Below, piece by piece: positions 1 through 12,990 of a DNA stretch of 64,000 nucleotides. Source of the stretch: Lama guanicoe (taxonomy: Eukaryota); contig MU053934.1 of the NCBI GenBank assembly GCA_013239625.1, positions 7,335,352 to 7,399,351 on the forward strand. Direction: 5' to 3'. The translations under genes were made by a program, and so were the position numbers. The stretch's first letter is position 1, and every line of letters begins with the position of its first letter. The notes under the pieces were generated by a model that searched no databases, was not told the origin of the DNA, and saw only the letters and a program-made list of their open reading frames with translations.

Positions 1-91
1 AATAGATAACAAGATTACACTGTATAGCACAGGGAAATATACCACAAAATGTTATGATAAATCACAGAGAAAAAAATGTGAAAAAAAAAAA
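1..91 (+). mobile_element. 3' end of an L1-type retroelement with poly(A) tail (cut by window edge)
   Basis: 'acaagattacactgtatagcacagggaaatata...aaaaaaatgtg' followed by an A run. Same family as the minus-strand copy at 54120-54301. Confidence 0.65.
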
Positions 92-1604
92 AGATATCAG
101 ATAGCCGAAGTGATCATACTGTTTAGCCCTTTGTTCTCTCTCATTCTCTTTTTTGGTTAAGAATAGCTCCGAAATGCTTCTCGGCATGAAGAAGGGAACA
201 CTCAACTCCCCCCCAGCATTTGACTACCTATCCAGAGAAGCCAAAAAACGCACTGAGTTCTGCCGGGCCCACGGCACAGGGCGGCGGGACACCATAGGAG
301 CAAGGACAGGACAGTCAAGTTCAGCCTGCATCAGGGCTCTGGATAAATTACCTCATTTTACCTTTGACAAGAAAGAATGTAAACCTGGCACTAAACCACG
401 TGCAGATGCTAACCACTCCATAAATGCCCTCCCCACCTGCATTCCATGCTCCTGAAGGAAAATCAGGCTGTGGTTTAAAGGGCAGGTAACTTGACCGCTG
501 TCAAAGCAAAGCTGGGGTCACCCCTCCACCCACTGCTGGAGCTGGGGGCTGGGTACTGCCTACTCTGAGCCCGGACCCTGCCAGGCTCTGGAGGGGCTCA
601 GATAAGCCAGGCAAGGTCCTCACTCTCCAGGGGTTCACAGTGACACCTAGAGAGGGGACAGGCGGGGAAACCACGAACCGTGGCACCCGGTGTTTGCTGC
701 CACGGCATCTGAATAAGCAGCCTGGGAGGCTGCGAGAGGCAGAGGCGGCTTCCAGGGCAGGTGCGCTGGTGCGCAAAGGACAGTGACGCACAGGCTGATG
801 GGACGCCCACCACATGCCAGGCGCCCCAGGGTCTGTGCCTTACTGATTCACTGAAACCTCAAACAACCGTGTTTACAAAGAGACGCCAAGTCCTCTGCTA
901 ATGGCAACCCAGACAGCAGGGGAGGAGACAAGACAGGACTGAAGCCACGTATGGCTCCGGCTCCAGGGTCTGGACATCTAATCCCCAGATGCACTGTGTC
1001 TCTGAAGGGTGGGCTGATCGGGGCAGAAAGCACACCGTGTACAAAGCTGTAAAAGTGAGACAGTCTCGGTAGGTCAGCAGGGAAAAAGGTGCAGCTGCCA
1101 CACTGGGGGGACTGCGGGAGGGAACTGGGGAGAAGGGAAGTGCTGGAGGGAGACCGAGCACCATCTCTTCAGGCAGCACAGGGAGACGGAGTCTTGCAGG
1201 GCGGGGGAGGGATACACAGGGTGAAGCCCCTGCAGATCATGATGTGCTCCCCATGGCCCCCTGACCCCTCAAAGATTCAGTGCGATGCTCTGCACCCAGG
1301 AGCTGCAGAGGGTCGGGGATGAGTAACCCACCGACCGGAGGGGGTCGGGCGGGCTCGTTTCTCACCCAAATTCCCACAGTGTTAACACACTCAGCTGTGC
1401 TGAAACGTCCCTGGGCTTCTTCCCCAGGCTGACACCCGGGAGCGTGGGACCCTCCACCACGTGTCCTGACCGAGGGCTCACAAAGAGCCTGGGGGTGACC
1501 CAGTGCAACAGGAGGGACCTTCACAGGTGAGACCTGCACTCTGGTACCAGAAGTAACACCCACCAAGGGGCTTCGGACAACAAAGCCCTGCTTTTTTACA
1601 CTCA

Positions 1605-1775
<171 letters not shown>

Positions 1776-1839
1776 TCATCCAAGGAATCCTTGACACGAG
1801 GCGAGCGGACGTCCCCTCCCCACACTCAATCTTCCCCTC

Positions 1840-2015
1840 GGTGGTGCTCAGCCAGGGCGGGTCACCCCCAGGGGACATCTGGCATTTTGTGGGGGGGGGT
1901 GTGGGGGATGCCTCTGCCATCAAGTGAGCAGAGCCGGGGATGCTCTCAACGCCCTCCAATGTACAGGAGGCCAGCCCCCCGCCCCAAAGCACTCAGCCCA
2001 ATGTCAGCTGGGCCA
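1840..2015. mobile_element. MER20-like hAT DNA transposon remnant
   Basis: 'ccccaggggacatctggca...gagccggggatgct...cccaatgtca' resembles the MER20 consensus. A similar copy lies at 49768-49972. Confidence 0.55.
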
Positions 2016-3026
2016 AGACTGAGCATCCTGGTCAAGTGTGAGATAAAGGCGATAAACAGTGACTTGCATCTGGGAGTCGCACAGGAGAGGCACCGGGGCT
2101 GTGAGAGCCGGAGGCAGCTGGGAGCACCCACCCCAATCCCATCAAGTGCTGCCCGTCTCCCTGCTGCCTCCCCCGCCCTGCTCCAATTCACTCTCTTTAA
2201 CTGTGGGTGAGCTTTAGGTGCTTCTCTGACCACTTCACCCCACTGGTGAATAACCAACGTGGTTCCCACTGTACTTAAAACACGAAGACCCTCACCTGCT
2301 TTTCCAGGCGTATCTTGTGCCTCCTTCTCCCTCACCTGCTCCGTTCTTGCCACACTGGTCTTCTCTGCCCATGTCCTCCTCTGCCTCAGGGCCTTGGCAC
2401 ATGCTGGGCGTCTCTGCCTATGGGACGCCCCCCTTCCTCTCTGCTTGGCTAAGCTACCTCCCACTTATCTGCCAGCATAAGTGAACATCACTTCCTCCAC
2501 AAAGCCCGTCTGACTCTCCAGATCAGGGACACAGCCCCTCAGCATCCTGTCCCTGCTCGAGGGCAGGAGCTGGCTTTTCTTGTCACTGCTTTGTGCCCGG
2601 GTGCAGCACCGTGCCTGGCATGCAGCAGATGCTCGGTTCAGGAAGAATGAGTGACTGTGGTCCCAGGCCTGTCACCACCACCATGTGACTCTGAGCAAGT
2701 TACCAGACCTCTCAGGACCTGTTTCCTCCTTTGAAGTCTGGTTTTCAAACGACTCAAGCAGCCCAGGATTCCAGGCTCATCCCAGCTCCGACCGCAGAAG
2801 GGTGCCTTTGTTACGCTCCTGTGTACACCTTCATGTGAAAATGGGGTTCCATGAAAAACCAGCCTTGAAAGCCGGGGGACCTGACGAGCCTCGTGGGCCT
2901 TTTATGAAAGGAGGCACCTCCCCCATGGAATTGTTATGGCATCACATGTGGGGCAACTAACAGGGTGGAAAGGGCACAGGACGTGGAGACGGGGCCGCCT
3001 GCTGAGGGGCGTGTATTTTCCGCCAC

Positions 3027-3472
3027 CAGCCCACCTTACTTTATTGCCATCTGCGGATACTGTATTCTTTACAAATTGAAGGTTTGGAGCAACCCTGCAT
3101 CAAGCAAGTCTGTCGGTGCCATTTTTCCAACAGCATTTGCTCACTTTGTGTCTCCACATAACATTTTGGTTATTCTCATAACATTTCAAACTTTTTCAAT
3201 ATTACACACTTCTTGTGGGGATCTGTGATCAGGGATCTCTGATGTGACTACTATGACTCACTGAAGGCTCAGTTACCATTTTTTAGCCATAGTGTTTTTA
3301 AATTAAGGCACGTACATTTTTTCTAGACAAGCTGCTATTGCACATATAGTGTGAAGATAACTTTTACATGCACTGGGAAACCAAAATTTTCATGTGATTT
3401 GCTTTATTGTGACATTTGCTTTGCTACAGTGGTCTGGACCTGAATCTACAGCATCTCTGAGGTCTGCCTGTA
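3027..3472. mobile_element. Tigger1-type (TcMar) non-autonomous DNA transposon
   Basis: Internal 'tttacaaattgaaggtttgga-caaccctgcatcaagcaagtctgtcggtgccatttttccaacagca' is typical of Tigger1. Right end 'tctctgaggtctgcctg' followed by TA. Confidence 0.8.
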
Positions 3473-4401
3473 TCTGACTTCAGCCTGCACAGCCCCGCAT
3501 CCCTGAAAACTCCTGCTCATACTCTGCCCCCTAGAGTCCAACTGCAGACACAGGATTTGGGTGAGAATCACCTCCCTCAACCAAGCAATGTCCACACCAC
3601 GACCACCGGAGCTGCACAATTCAAACACAAGTCTTACTGGGCGACCTCACACCAGTCACTGACTCCCACCCGGAGACGACGCAGAAGTAAGAGCAGTAAC
3701 AAAATAACAGAAGTAGTCCTTACACTAGCACTGTGCTTTAGTCGCTAAATAGTCACAAAATGCTCCCAGGGGTATGATCCCAAACCCAGCAAGGCAGGTG
3801 GAGCAAGTATTCTCATCCTCAGTTTACTGAGCAGGAAATGGAGCCTCTGAGAAGGGGAGGGTTCCTCCCGGCCCCCTGCTGCCTCTACTCACCACGTGCA
3901 CAAGCGGTCACCGAGGCAAACATCTCAGGCCAGACCTACCACAGGGACCACTGGAGCCAAGGGGAATGTCCAACTTCTCTTCAGTTTCACTGACTCCCGC
4001 CACGAGTGCTTACCTAAAATAAAACTAACACACAGAAGGAATGTACACAGCAGCACCAGGTCAAGAGATGCTCTAACAGTTTCTAAATACAGCCGAGCAG
4101 CAACTACACAGAGTATTCAGCAGATGGCATCTTTTGTTTAACAAGTGCTCACCAGAGCCTCTGGGTTCCTCTCTTGTTGTGATGAGCATTTCTGAATTAC
4201 TTACTTCCTGGCTTCTGCTGACCTCTCTAAGCTGCCGGGCCACCCCTTCCTTTCACGCACCCCTTGCTTTGGCTGAACGCAGCCCCCGCTGCTGTCTGGT
4301 GCTCACAGGCAGCCCTCGCCCTCGTGAACCTGCGTCCACGCTGTTCCCCGACCCAACACCTTTCTCTGCTGCTGTTCATCTGCGCACAGCACAGTTCAAA
4401 G

Positions 4402-4462
4402 GCCACCTCCCCCAGGAAGCCATTCTCGCCACCTCCCCCAGGAAGCCATTCTCACCACCTCC
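4402..4462. repeat. 26-bp tandem duplication (about 2.3 copies)
   Basis: gccacctcccccaggaagccattctc at 4402-4427 and 4428-4453, then partial accacctcc. Confidence 0.9.
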
Positions 4463-4514
4463 TCGGAGCCCTCCCCAGACCTCTCCTGCCATCGTCCTGC
4501 CATCGTTGTTCTGA

Positions 4515-4662
4515 ATTTTGATTTATTTATTTACTTTATTTGGGGAAGGAGATAATTAGGTTTATTTACTTTCTTTATTTTTAGAGGAGGTACTGGGGAT
4601 TGAACTCAGGACCTCTTGCATGCTAAGCACGCGCTTTACCACTGAGCTACACCCACCTCCCT
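4515..4662 (-). mobile_element. tRNA-Ala-derived camelid-type SINE (Vic-1-like)
   Basis: Reverse complement reads GGGAGGTGGGTGTAGCTCAGTGGTAAAGCGCGTGCTTAGCATGCAAGAGGTCCTGAGTTCAATCCCCAGTACCTCC, then a (TAAA)n / CCTAATTA tail. Confidence 0.85.
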
Positions 4663-4966
4663 TGCCATCTCTGTTGACACCGGGAACTTCTGATCTCGCA
4701 TTTTAGTTCTGTGTACATTCCTTCCATAAATGCGTGAGGGTGGGGACTCTCTTAGTCACTGTTTCCTCCTCATCCCACTGCCTCCAGATTTAAGAGTGAG
4801 AATTTGCAGAAAAGGTCACAGTCCATTTGCCAACCCTATTATCTCCAGCCCACTGGCACATGAGAGACCAATAATGACTCCTCGTTGTGAGTCAGTGAAC
4901 GGACACATCCTTAAGGGTCAGTCCTTTGAACCTGTCTCTTCATTTCAACAGCTGCTTCCCTGGAAA

Positions 4967-5402
4967 TGCTTGGGTTGAACTGTGTCCCCCAAAACATATG
5001 CTGAAGTCCTAATCCTGGTACTTGTAAACATGACCTTATTTGCAAGTAGGGTCTTTGCAGTTAAGATGAGGCCATTTGGTGGGGGGTGGTGACCCCAATC
5101 TGATGACATTGTTACGAGATGGAAGGTCAGACAGACATACACAGGCAGAGAATGCCACATGAGGACACAGGGACAGACAGATATAGAGGGAAGGTGACTA
5201 TGTGAAGGAGGCAGAGATCAGAGTTATGCTGCCACAAGCCAAGAAATGCCTGGGGCCACCGGAAACTGGAAGATGCAAGGAATCCTTCCCAGCATCTTCA
5301 GAGAGAACACAGCTCTGCCAACACCCTGATATCAGACTGGTGGCCTCACTGAGCTGCCCAGTGGGCGGCACTTCAATACCACAGCCCTGGGAACCCAATA
5401 CA
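4967..5402 (+). mobile_element. MLT1 (ERVL-MaLR) solo LTR
   Basis: Starts 'tg..tgggttgaactgtgtcccccaaaa', contains 'gaccttatttg..aagtagggtctttgcag' and 'gaaggaggcagagat', ends 'aataca'. Confidence 0.8.
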
Positions 5403-6227
5403 AGACAGAACCACCCCAAACACTCGGGGAGAAAGAAGAATAAGAAATGCATGCCTACACAGTCTTACATATACATGTGGGGGTAAAGCGCTGAGCAAAG
5501 ACAAGATAGTCATTTACGGTTTTAAAAATAAAGGAAAAATTAAGTAAGGCCACCTCCTTTAAAAGAACCCCTGTTCAGAAATGCACCAAAATCAGTGTGG
5601 AAATCAGCACTGAGAACTGATGAAGAGCAGTCTGGGGAGCCCCAGGAGGGACAGCGGCTTCCTCCACACCCGAGGCTTAGAGGCCAGTTCACTTCTAGCG
5701 CTGATGCGTCCATGTCTGACAAGTTCTGGCAAGTTCTCCCGGGGCCTCAGCCTCCCCAGTGACAAAAATGGGAAAGTGACAGCTCCTTGGCGGCACTGCT
5801 GGGATTACCGCAAGGTCAGGCAGGCGTGGACCTGGCTCGGAGCGGGTCCTCCAAACAGTTAACTGGATTTGACATGAGCACACCAGGCAGAAAGAGCTGC
5901 ACCCTGAAGCTGCCCCGATTGGGCTCCGCACGCTCCTCGGTCCAGCCCCTCCTCACGGGGGCCTGCCAGGCTCCTGGCCTGAGCTCCACCCCGCCCTCAC
6001 GGAGTAAGTGATTACATATGTACACCACCACGGAAACAATGGCTACACTTATTAAGCACCGGGACGAGTCAGGCTAAGGGCTGGGCGGTCTGTGCGAATT
6101 CCTCTCTACTGTGAACATCCTTATGGCCCACAGGGTGCTGGAAGGCGGGTATCTCCCCACCTATAGACAGGAACGTGGGGCTCAGAGAGCAAGAGGCAGA
6201 GAAGGGACGGCAACCTCACAACCCACA

Positions 6228-6296
6228 CCCTCTCCTCCCACACGTGTGCACACATCAGTTTACCCCTCTCCTCCCACACGTGTGTGCACATCAGTT
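6228..6296. repeat. 36-bp-period tandem duplication, each unit containing CACGTG
   Basis: ccctctcctcccacacgtgtgcacacatcagtt (6228-6260) and ccctctcctcccacacgtgtgtgcacatcagtt (6264-6296). Confidence 0.9.
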
Positions 6297-9089
6297 CCTG
6301 TGTCCCCCACATCGATCTCCTAGCACCCAGCCAGGGCCAGGCACAGCGAGGGGGCTCCGAAGTCATCTGCAGGACAGGCAAAGGAACCAGCTGGCCAATC
6401 CCCACAGTACAGAAGCCGGGGCTGATGCCTTCCGAATCCTAGGAAATACTAAGCCTTTTCCTTAGAAAAGCAAATAGATAAATACCTGATGTCAGATTGT
6501 TTTCCTGTGACTTCCTCCTAAAACAGAAAAAAAAAAAGTGGAGTTAACGGTACTGTGTAAGGAACGTGAGACATAATCTCTCTGCTGGTTCACACGAATT
6601 GATGCCTCAGAATTTTAAGCCTCTCCGCCGGCTACTTCAAAACTGAGCATCATGAAAACCTAACTAGGAAAAAGAGAGTGATGTGCTGGTCCTTATGCTG
6701 ATCACAGTTCAAAACTGCAGTGGGCTGTCACCACGTTAGGTATGTCAGCCTCGGAAAGCCATCCTGAAACCAGACAATTGTTGGTTATTTTCAGAACACA
6801 ATGTGGGGCCCACTCCTGGGGCAAGTGGGCACAACCTTTGCAAGCTTGAGAGTAGGTTCCCACTGGGACATCCCTGGGCATCCAGGCCACCCACGGTCTA
6901 GATTCTCATCCACCAGTCAGCACTGACAGCCACTCTGTGCCAGGTTGGGGACTGGAGACAGAAAGCTGCCCGGGTCGAGGCGCTCCTGGACAGTCCTGAC
7001 CAGGGGAGGCAAGAGACACATTGAGCAAGCGGCAGCCCTGGTGGCAAAGTGCTTTAACAGCCCAACAAAATCCAACTGCGGCCCTGAGGAGGAAGTGACT
7101 ATTAATTCAGTCCAGCAGCAAATCATGCCAGCTCCATCCCCAGATTCCAGATCCCTCTGAGTCCCTCTCAGCGTCCCTGCAGTCTCGACCAGTTTCCTTG
7201 ACTCCAACCTCAACCCACTGCTACCTCACCCCAGCAGCAGACCCATCATTTTACACACACAGAGCAAATCATGTCACTCTGCTCATAAGCCTGCAGTGGC
7301 CTCCCACAGCACTCAGAATAAAGCTAGCAGATTGCCCGTGACCTACAAGGCTGGCCCTGCATGACCTGGGCCCCCCACGCCTCTCAGGCCTTGTCTTCCA
7401 GCACCCTTTCCACATGCCTTCCCTCTCCAGACCCTTGTCTCTTTCAGCTTCTCACACCCACCAAGCTGCATCCTGTCTTAAGGCTTTGCTCTTCCACCAC
7501 ATCTGGCCCTTTCTCAAAGGTCAATTCCTCAGAGTGGCTTTCTCAATCTTAATCTCCATCCTCCCCATTTGCCACTTTCCTTCTCTGTGGCACTCAGGTT
7601 GCACACAACTGTTTAGTCCACTGCCAACTCAAAGCATGGTCCGCAATCCTGCAGCACTGGCATCATGACCTGGAGCTTGCTGGAAACACAAATTCTCCAG
7701 CTCCCCCAACACCCCCTCTGCCACACACAGCGATGTATGCATTCAGACTCCTTGGGAATCTGTGTCTTAACAAGCTCTCAGGTGATTCTTACACATGCTC
7801 AAGTTTGAAAAAGAACCAGTCCAGTTCCTTGGGGACCATCTGTCTTCGACACAGATATGTCACATCACAAGAGCAGGAATGCTGTTCCACCTTATCTCCT
7901 GATTAGTCCCTGCACCCAGGATAGTGTCTAGGAATAGCAGGCACTCAATCAATATTTGATGAATGAACAAAGATAAAGACATGAATTTCCTCCACATACA
8001 CAAACATGTGCTGTTTGTACCAAGCAGTGAAGCAGGTATAGCCCAGCTCAACAGGGGCTGTCAGTCCTGTAGGGGAGAGAACCTGGAGACAGTCACCCAC
8101 AAACACTTCCACAGCTCTACCCAGGCAAGAAGTAGGAGGCCGGGAGTTTAGCTGATTTCCGCTGAGCAAGGGAACATCTCAGGAAATCTCTGTGTCTACG
8201 ACCCCGTGAGGACAGAACTTTGCCAAGAGGCCCTTCACTTCCTGGAGTTATGACTACCCCGAGACAAAAGCCAGGATAACGGCTCAGGAGAAACAGCAAG
8301 CAGGGAGAAGAACTTACACTCGTTGGAGTCATTTTACTCTTCTGGGTCCAGCCATTGAGAAATGGGAGCCCTCCCTGATCCCATGACCCCTACCCTAGAC
8401 ACTGATCACTACCAGTTTCAATAAAGTCCCAGCTAGGCCAGAATCCTAGGACATTTGGATTCTTTTCCAGCTAGTCTTTTTTGAAAAGGAAAAAAGAGAC
8501 ATCTTTAAATGACAGTGTAAATGACAACCCCACAGTGTCCCAGTGCATTCTGTCCCAGCTGTATTGCCTCTGTCCATCTCCTCACCCCTCTGGGTGACAG
8601 TGCCCTGAATCCAGGGCTGAGCCAATCTTTTTGTACTGCCACAGCCCAAATATGCTCATTAAATGTTTCCTGGACAAAGAACCACTTTACAAAACTCACA
8701 CAGCTTACAAGGGTAAGAAACTTTTACTTCTAGAATGAGTCCTCTGTCATGCCCCAGCTACCCTATCGGGTGGTTGACTACCCACCCCTCGCCCCACAAC
8801 GATGGGGAAACAAGGAAGAGAAATACCTAGGTCCAGTTCCCAAAAGAGAGGCGAGCAAGGAGGTAAACATTTATCTCTTGTCTCCTGTCCAGAGCTCTAG
8901 CCACAGGTACACCGCGCCCTGCAAGATGCCAAGAGAAACAATACAGATGGCAAGTGAATGAAAAAGCTTAGGAACAATGAAATTCTGGGATAACCAATAA
9001 TAAAAAGCATGCAATTACAAGGATCGGGCTGCACAAGTTATGTCATAGGAATTGAAGAGGAAGAGGGGCACAGTGGTCAGCGCAGGCTT

Positions 9090-9620
9090 CCTGGAGGACG
9101 CTGATACCGGGAACAGCATCTAAGCCGCACGGTCGTGGCCGCGCAGACCAGCGCACACAACCGCTCGCGCATGCGCACTCGCCCACCCACGCACTGCCAC
9201 ACCCTCGGTCCCGGGAGACGGCGGCCTCGGCGGCGGGACCTCACCTGTGCGCGCAGAGCGCGGCGGAGCGCCCAGAAGCGCGGAGCACTGCGGCCCCACG
9301 CCGCGCCCCGACCCCGCCTCCAGCCCCACTGCGGCACTTGCAAACAGGACGCCGTCCTCTATCCCGCGATCCGGCCCGCCGCCCGCCGGGCTCTACTTCC
9401 GGGGCGGCACCCTGGCAACCGAAGACGCGGCAGCCGGCGCCACGACTGCTTCCGGGGTCAGACATTCCCGGCTTGTTGCTACTCCCCCAGCTTGGTGGTC
9501 CGCCAGCCTCAGGGCTGAGATCCCACGAGGAGCCAGCCGTCCACCCTCTGTGGCCTCGCAACCTTCAGGGCCCAGAAATGAGGTTGAGATGGGTCGGGGC
9601 GCGAGATCGAGCCTGATAGT
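9090..9620 (-). promoter_or_regulatory. TTLL1: TTLL1 CpG-island promoter
   Basis: CpG-dense stretch with NRF1 palindrome GCGCATGCGC (9167-9176), ETS-type CTTCCGG motifs (about 9397 and 9449), GC boxes, and an RFX-like half site CCTGGCAAC (9411-9419). Confidence 0.8.
9245..9480 (-). other. TTLL1: TTLL1 non-coding exon 1 (5' boundary approximate)
   Basis: Strong minus-strand donor CAG|GTGAGG at 9245/9244 inside the CpG island, oriented toward the coding exon at 1722. Confidence 0.65.
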
Positions 9621-10739
9621 GGGAGGTAGGGCAGGACGGTGGCTGGGGCCCTGGCTCCAGTCCGCTGCTCAGTTTCAGTGTCTGTAAAACTGGGACTGTT
9701 GGTCGCACCTGCAGCGTTTATTGTAAGGATAACATACCAAGGTGCGCTCGGTAAGTAGTAATCAGTAAATGGTCTAGTCAAAGGTCACCTCATTTGTGAA
9801 GCGTTCCCTGAGCGTGGGACAGGTATAGTTAGTTCCTCAAACTAGAATTTTTAAACTCCTTCTCTTAGGAAGAGGCAGCCTGGCCTAGTGAGAAATTTAA
9901 AACCGAAACCAGACCTAGATTGAATCCTTGCTCCAAAATCCACTAGCCATGTGGCTTTTGGCAGGTCCTGTCACTTCTTTGAGCCTCAGTTTCTTGTCTG
10001 TAAATGGAGACAACAGCACCTACGTTGAAGGATTGTTTTTTGGAAAGATAATTTAAAAAAAAAAAAGGCACTTCGATATAGCACACACTACTTGCTCAAA
10101 TACTTGTTGAATGAATAACATACTCAAAAAAGAACATGTAACCCAGACATCTGTCAGCCTTGGAAGTGCACTTAAAGGCAGCAGGAAAGAGAAGAAACAG
10201 AATTTATATCCCTGTTCTGTTACATTCTAGTGGTTTGGGCTCAGGCAAATCTTAGCTTCTTGATTACAGTTTCTTCATGGAGAAATGGGAATAATGATCT
10301 CCATCTCTCAAAGGTGAAAAAGAGTGTAAATTCCTAGGTGAATAGCACGTAGGAAGGTGTTTAACATGTTTTACCCTGTCCTTCTGCCACTGTGCTGAGT
10401 GCATGCTATTCCAAAGGGCATCACTAGCAGCCAAAATACCAGAAGGCTTGGGTACAGACAGTGGGAGACCAACATCACAAGAGCAAATTGGGAAAAAAGG
10501 AAAAGTTCTGGCCAAAGTGAAGGGTTAACTGGGAGCCAGGTAGTCCCAGGAGAAAGACAGGAAACTAAGAATCTCAATGCTAATCTAATTATGTAAATCT
10601 AGTTGAGAAGTCTTCAAAGGTTTTCCATTGCCATCAAGATAACACCCAGTTTCCTTAATATGTTTTTAGTTTTAATGTAGTTAAAATCTGTTAACCTTTT
10701 TCCCATATAGTATCTTAATTTCCTCTTGGGCCTAGGAAG

Positions 10740-11720
10740 ATCCATCCTCAGAAGTTGTAGAAACATAACTTATAAGAGGCCAAAAATACAATCAACTAAG
10801 TTAAATGATAAACTGAAAATATGTCCATCATCTGACAAAGCATTAGTTAACATCCATAATATACAAAGAGTTTGTACTAATCAATAAGAAAAAAATACAA
10901 AAATTGGCAGAAGAGATGGAACTACAAATTCTGGAACAGAAGGATAAAGAAAATGGTAAATATAAAATGTGAAAAGATGCCTAAGTCACTAAAAATTAAT
11001 GATATTAAAGTGTTTAATGAAGTTTTTTTTAACAACTAAATTGGCAAAAATTTTAAATATGATTACAACTAATGTTAGAAAAAAAATATGGGAAAAAAGG
11101 CCCTCTCAGCCACTACCTGTAGAATATTAGTGAATACTAGTGTAGCTTTGGGAAGGCTGGCGATTTGGCAGTATTCATCAGAATCTTAATATATATTTAA
11201 TTATGTGCTCTTTGATCTAGAAATTCCAATTTTAGGAATTTATTCCATTAGAAATTCTCTAAAAGGTAAATAAAGATATGTGTATGAGAACATTTAAAGC
11301 AGTATTATTTCTAATAATTAAAAATTGGAAAAAATATGAATTTTTTTAGCAAAAGTGTGATTGGCTAAATTGAAGGTTCATCAGTTTAATGAAACAGTAT
11401 TTACCTATTCAAAGGGATAAAGTGGACCTACATATGCTGACCTGGAAACATATACATGATTTATTAAATGAAAACTGCAAATTACACAACTTTGTATAGT
11501 GTGATTTTTTTCATTTATATGTATTAAATATAATTTAAGAAGCATAAAAAAGTCTGAAAAATATACACAATTATCGTTAAGAGCCATTCTTTTTAGAAGT
11601 TGGAATAGAAGGTACTTCCTCTTTTTACAGCCTGTATTTTTTATTGTCTGAATTTTTTAGTAGCATAGAAACATTATTTTGTAATTTTTAAAAGCTTTAA
11701 TAGAATAAAGTTAAAAAACA
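10740..11720 (+). mobile_element. Old, highly diverged L1M 3' region
   Basis: Very AT-rich, with L1 3'-like motifs ('ttgatctagaaattccaattttaggaatttat', 'gcagtattatttctaata'). Confidence 0.55.
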
Positions 11721-12574
11721 AACTTTTTAAAATTTTGAATTGATGAGCTGAACATATGTGTACCTTTTTCACACCCCAAAAATCTCACTGAAAAGTCAGA
11801 AGAAATAGAAAATGCAATAGAAGATTAACCCATCCAGGAATGTAAATACCAAAAGCATCCAAATAAAGGAATTTATCTAAAAGTTTTGTTTTAAAATCAT
11901 CTGTTTCTAAATCATGCCTTTATGGTCGCTGAGGATCCGTTTGCCATTGTGGGTGACCACTGGTAATCCACCAGACAGGCAAGAGGGATTGCTATGTGGG
12001 GCAGTCCCATCTTCCTTCCGTGGGTACAGGGACTCAGCACAGCGAGAGATAACCACCTGGTGATGTCACAGCACATGTTACGGCCGATCCTGGTTTATAC
12101 GTCTGGAAGTTCCGTTAACAATTGAATAAAGTGCTGAATTTCATTTGTGCAAATATGTATCAGTTGTTAAATTCTCTTCAAAGACGTGACTCCTTTTTGG
12201 TGTTATTTAAACTACAGAAGTCATCTTAATCCAGTTTCCAGCTTCGGTTTTCTACATAAGTGCTCATCAGCTGGAAATCTGTGACATAGTTGGAAGACTA
12301 GGAGAAATACTCCCAACAGACAAAACGGAGAGGAATTCCTGGAAAATGAGATAAGAATGGGTGAATGGGGCAACCTCAATAAAAATGAGGACACATACTC
12401 CCCACTAAGCAAAAGAGAGAAGTTCCCCAAAAAGTGAGTTTTCTGAACGAAGCCCTGGAATTACACTGAGATAAGAAGCAGTGATGTGGACAGTTGGCCA
12501 GAAAATTAAGAAAGGTAATCACTGGTCAGTGTCCTTAGAGAGCAGATAACCCTCCAACATTTAGGCTAAAGCCG

Positions 12575-12990
12575 TGTGTCGGTCAATTTTTGCTGCTCTA
12601 ACAAAAACACCAGAGACGGGGGGGCTTTTTTTTTCTTTTTTAGTTTTATTAGGTAGAATTATTACAGTTTAACTGCATGTGTACATTATATGAGATTGGG
12701 TGCCTTCTAAACAACACATTTATTTCTCACAGTTCTGGCACCAGCAGATTCCTTGCCTGGTGAGGGCTTGCTTCCTGATTCATGATCATCTTGCTGAGTC
12801 CCCGAATGGCCGAAGGGCTGAGGGAGCTCTCTGGGGTCTCATACAGGCACTGATCCCATTCATGAGGGCTTCACCTCATGACCTAATCACCCCCAAAGGC
12901 CCCTACCTCCTAACACCATCACACTGGGAATTAGGATTTCAGCACAGGAATGAGGTGGGGGGTACAGGGGAACATGAACATTCAATTCAG
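12575..12990 (-). mobile_element. MLT1A/MST-like MaLR LTR
   Basis: 'tttatttctcacagttctgg...cccattcatgagggct...catgacctaatcacccccaaaggccc...catcacactggg'. Confidence 0.7.

Noticed and set aside
4153..4230. Putative TTLL1 5'UTR exon with two donors and an upstream ATG overlapping the main start
   Set aside because: Donors are present, but there is no pyrimidine tract or acceptor upstream. The region is purine-rich, L2-like sequence on the minus strand.
4515..4662. tRNA-Ala-like sequences (here and at about 17.3, 17.5, 23.4, 31.1, 49.6 and 57.7 kb) as tRNA genes
   Set aside because: They have diverged stems and shared AT-rich tails, and several have TSDs, so they are SINEs.
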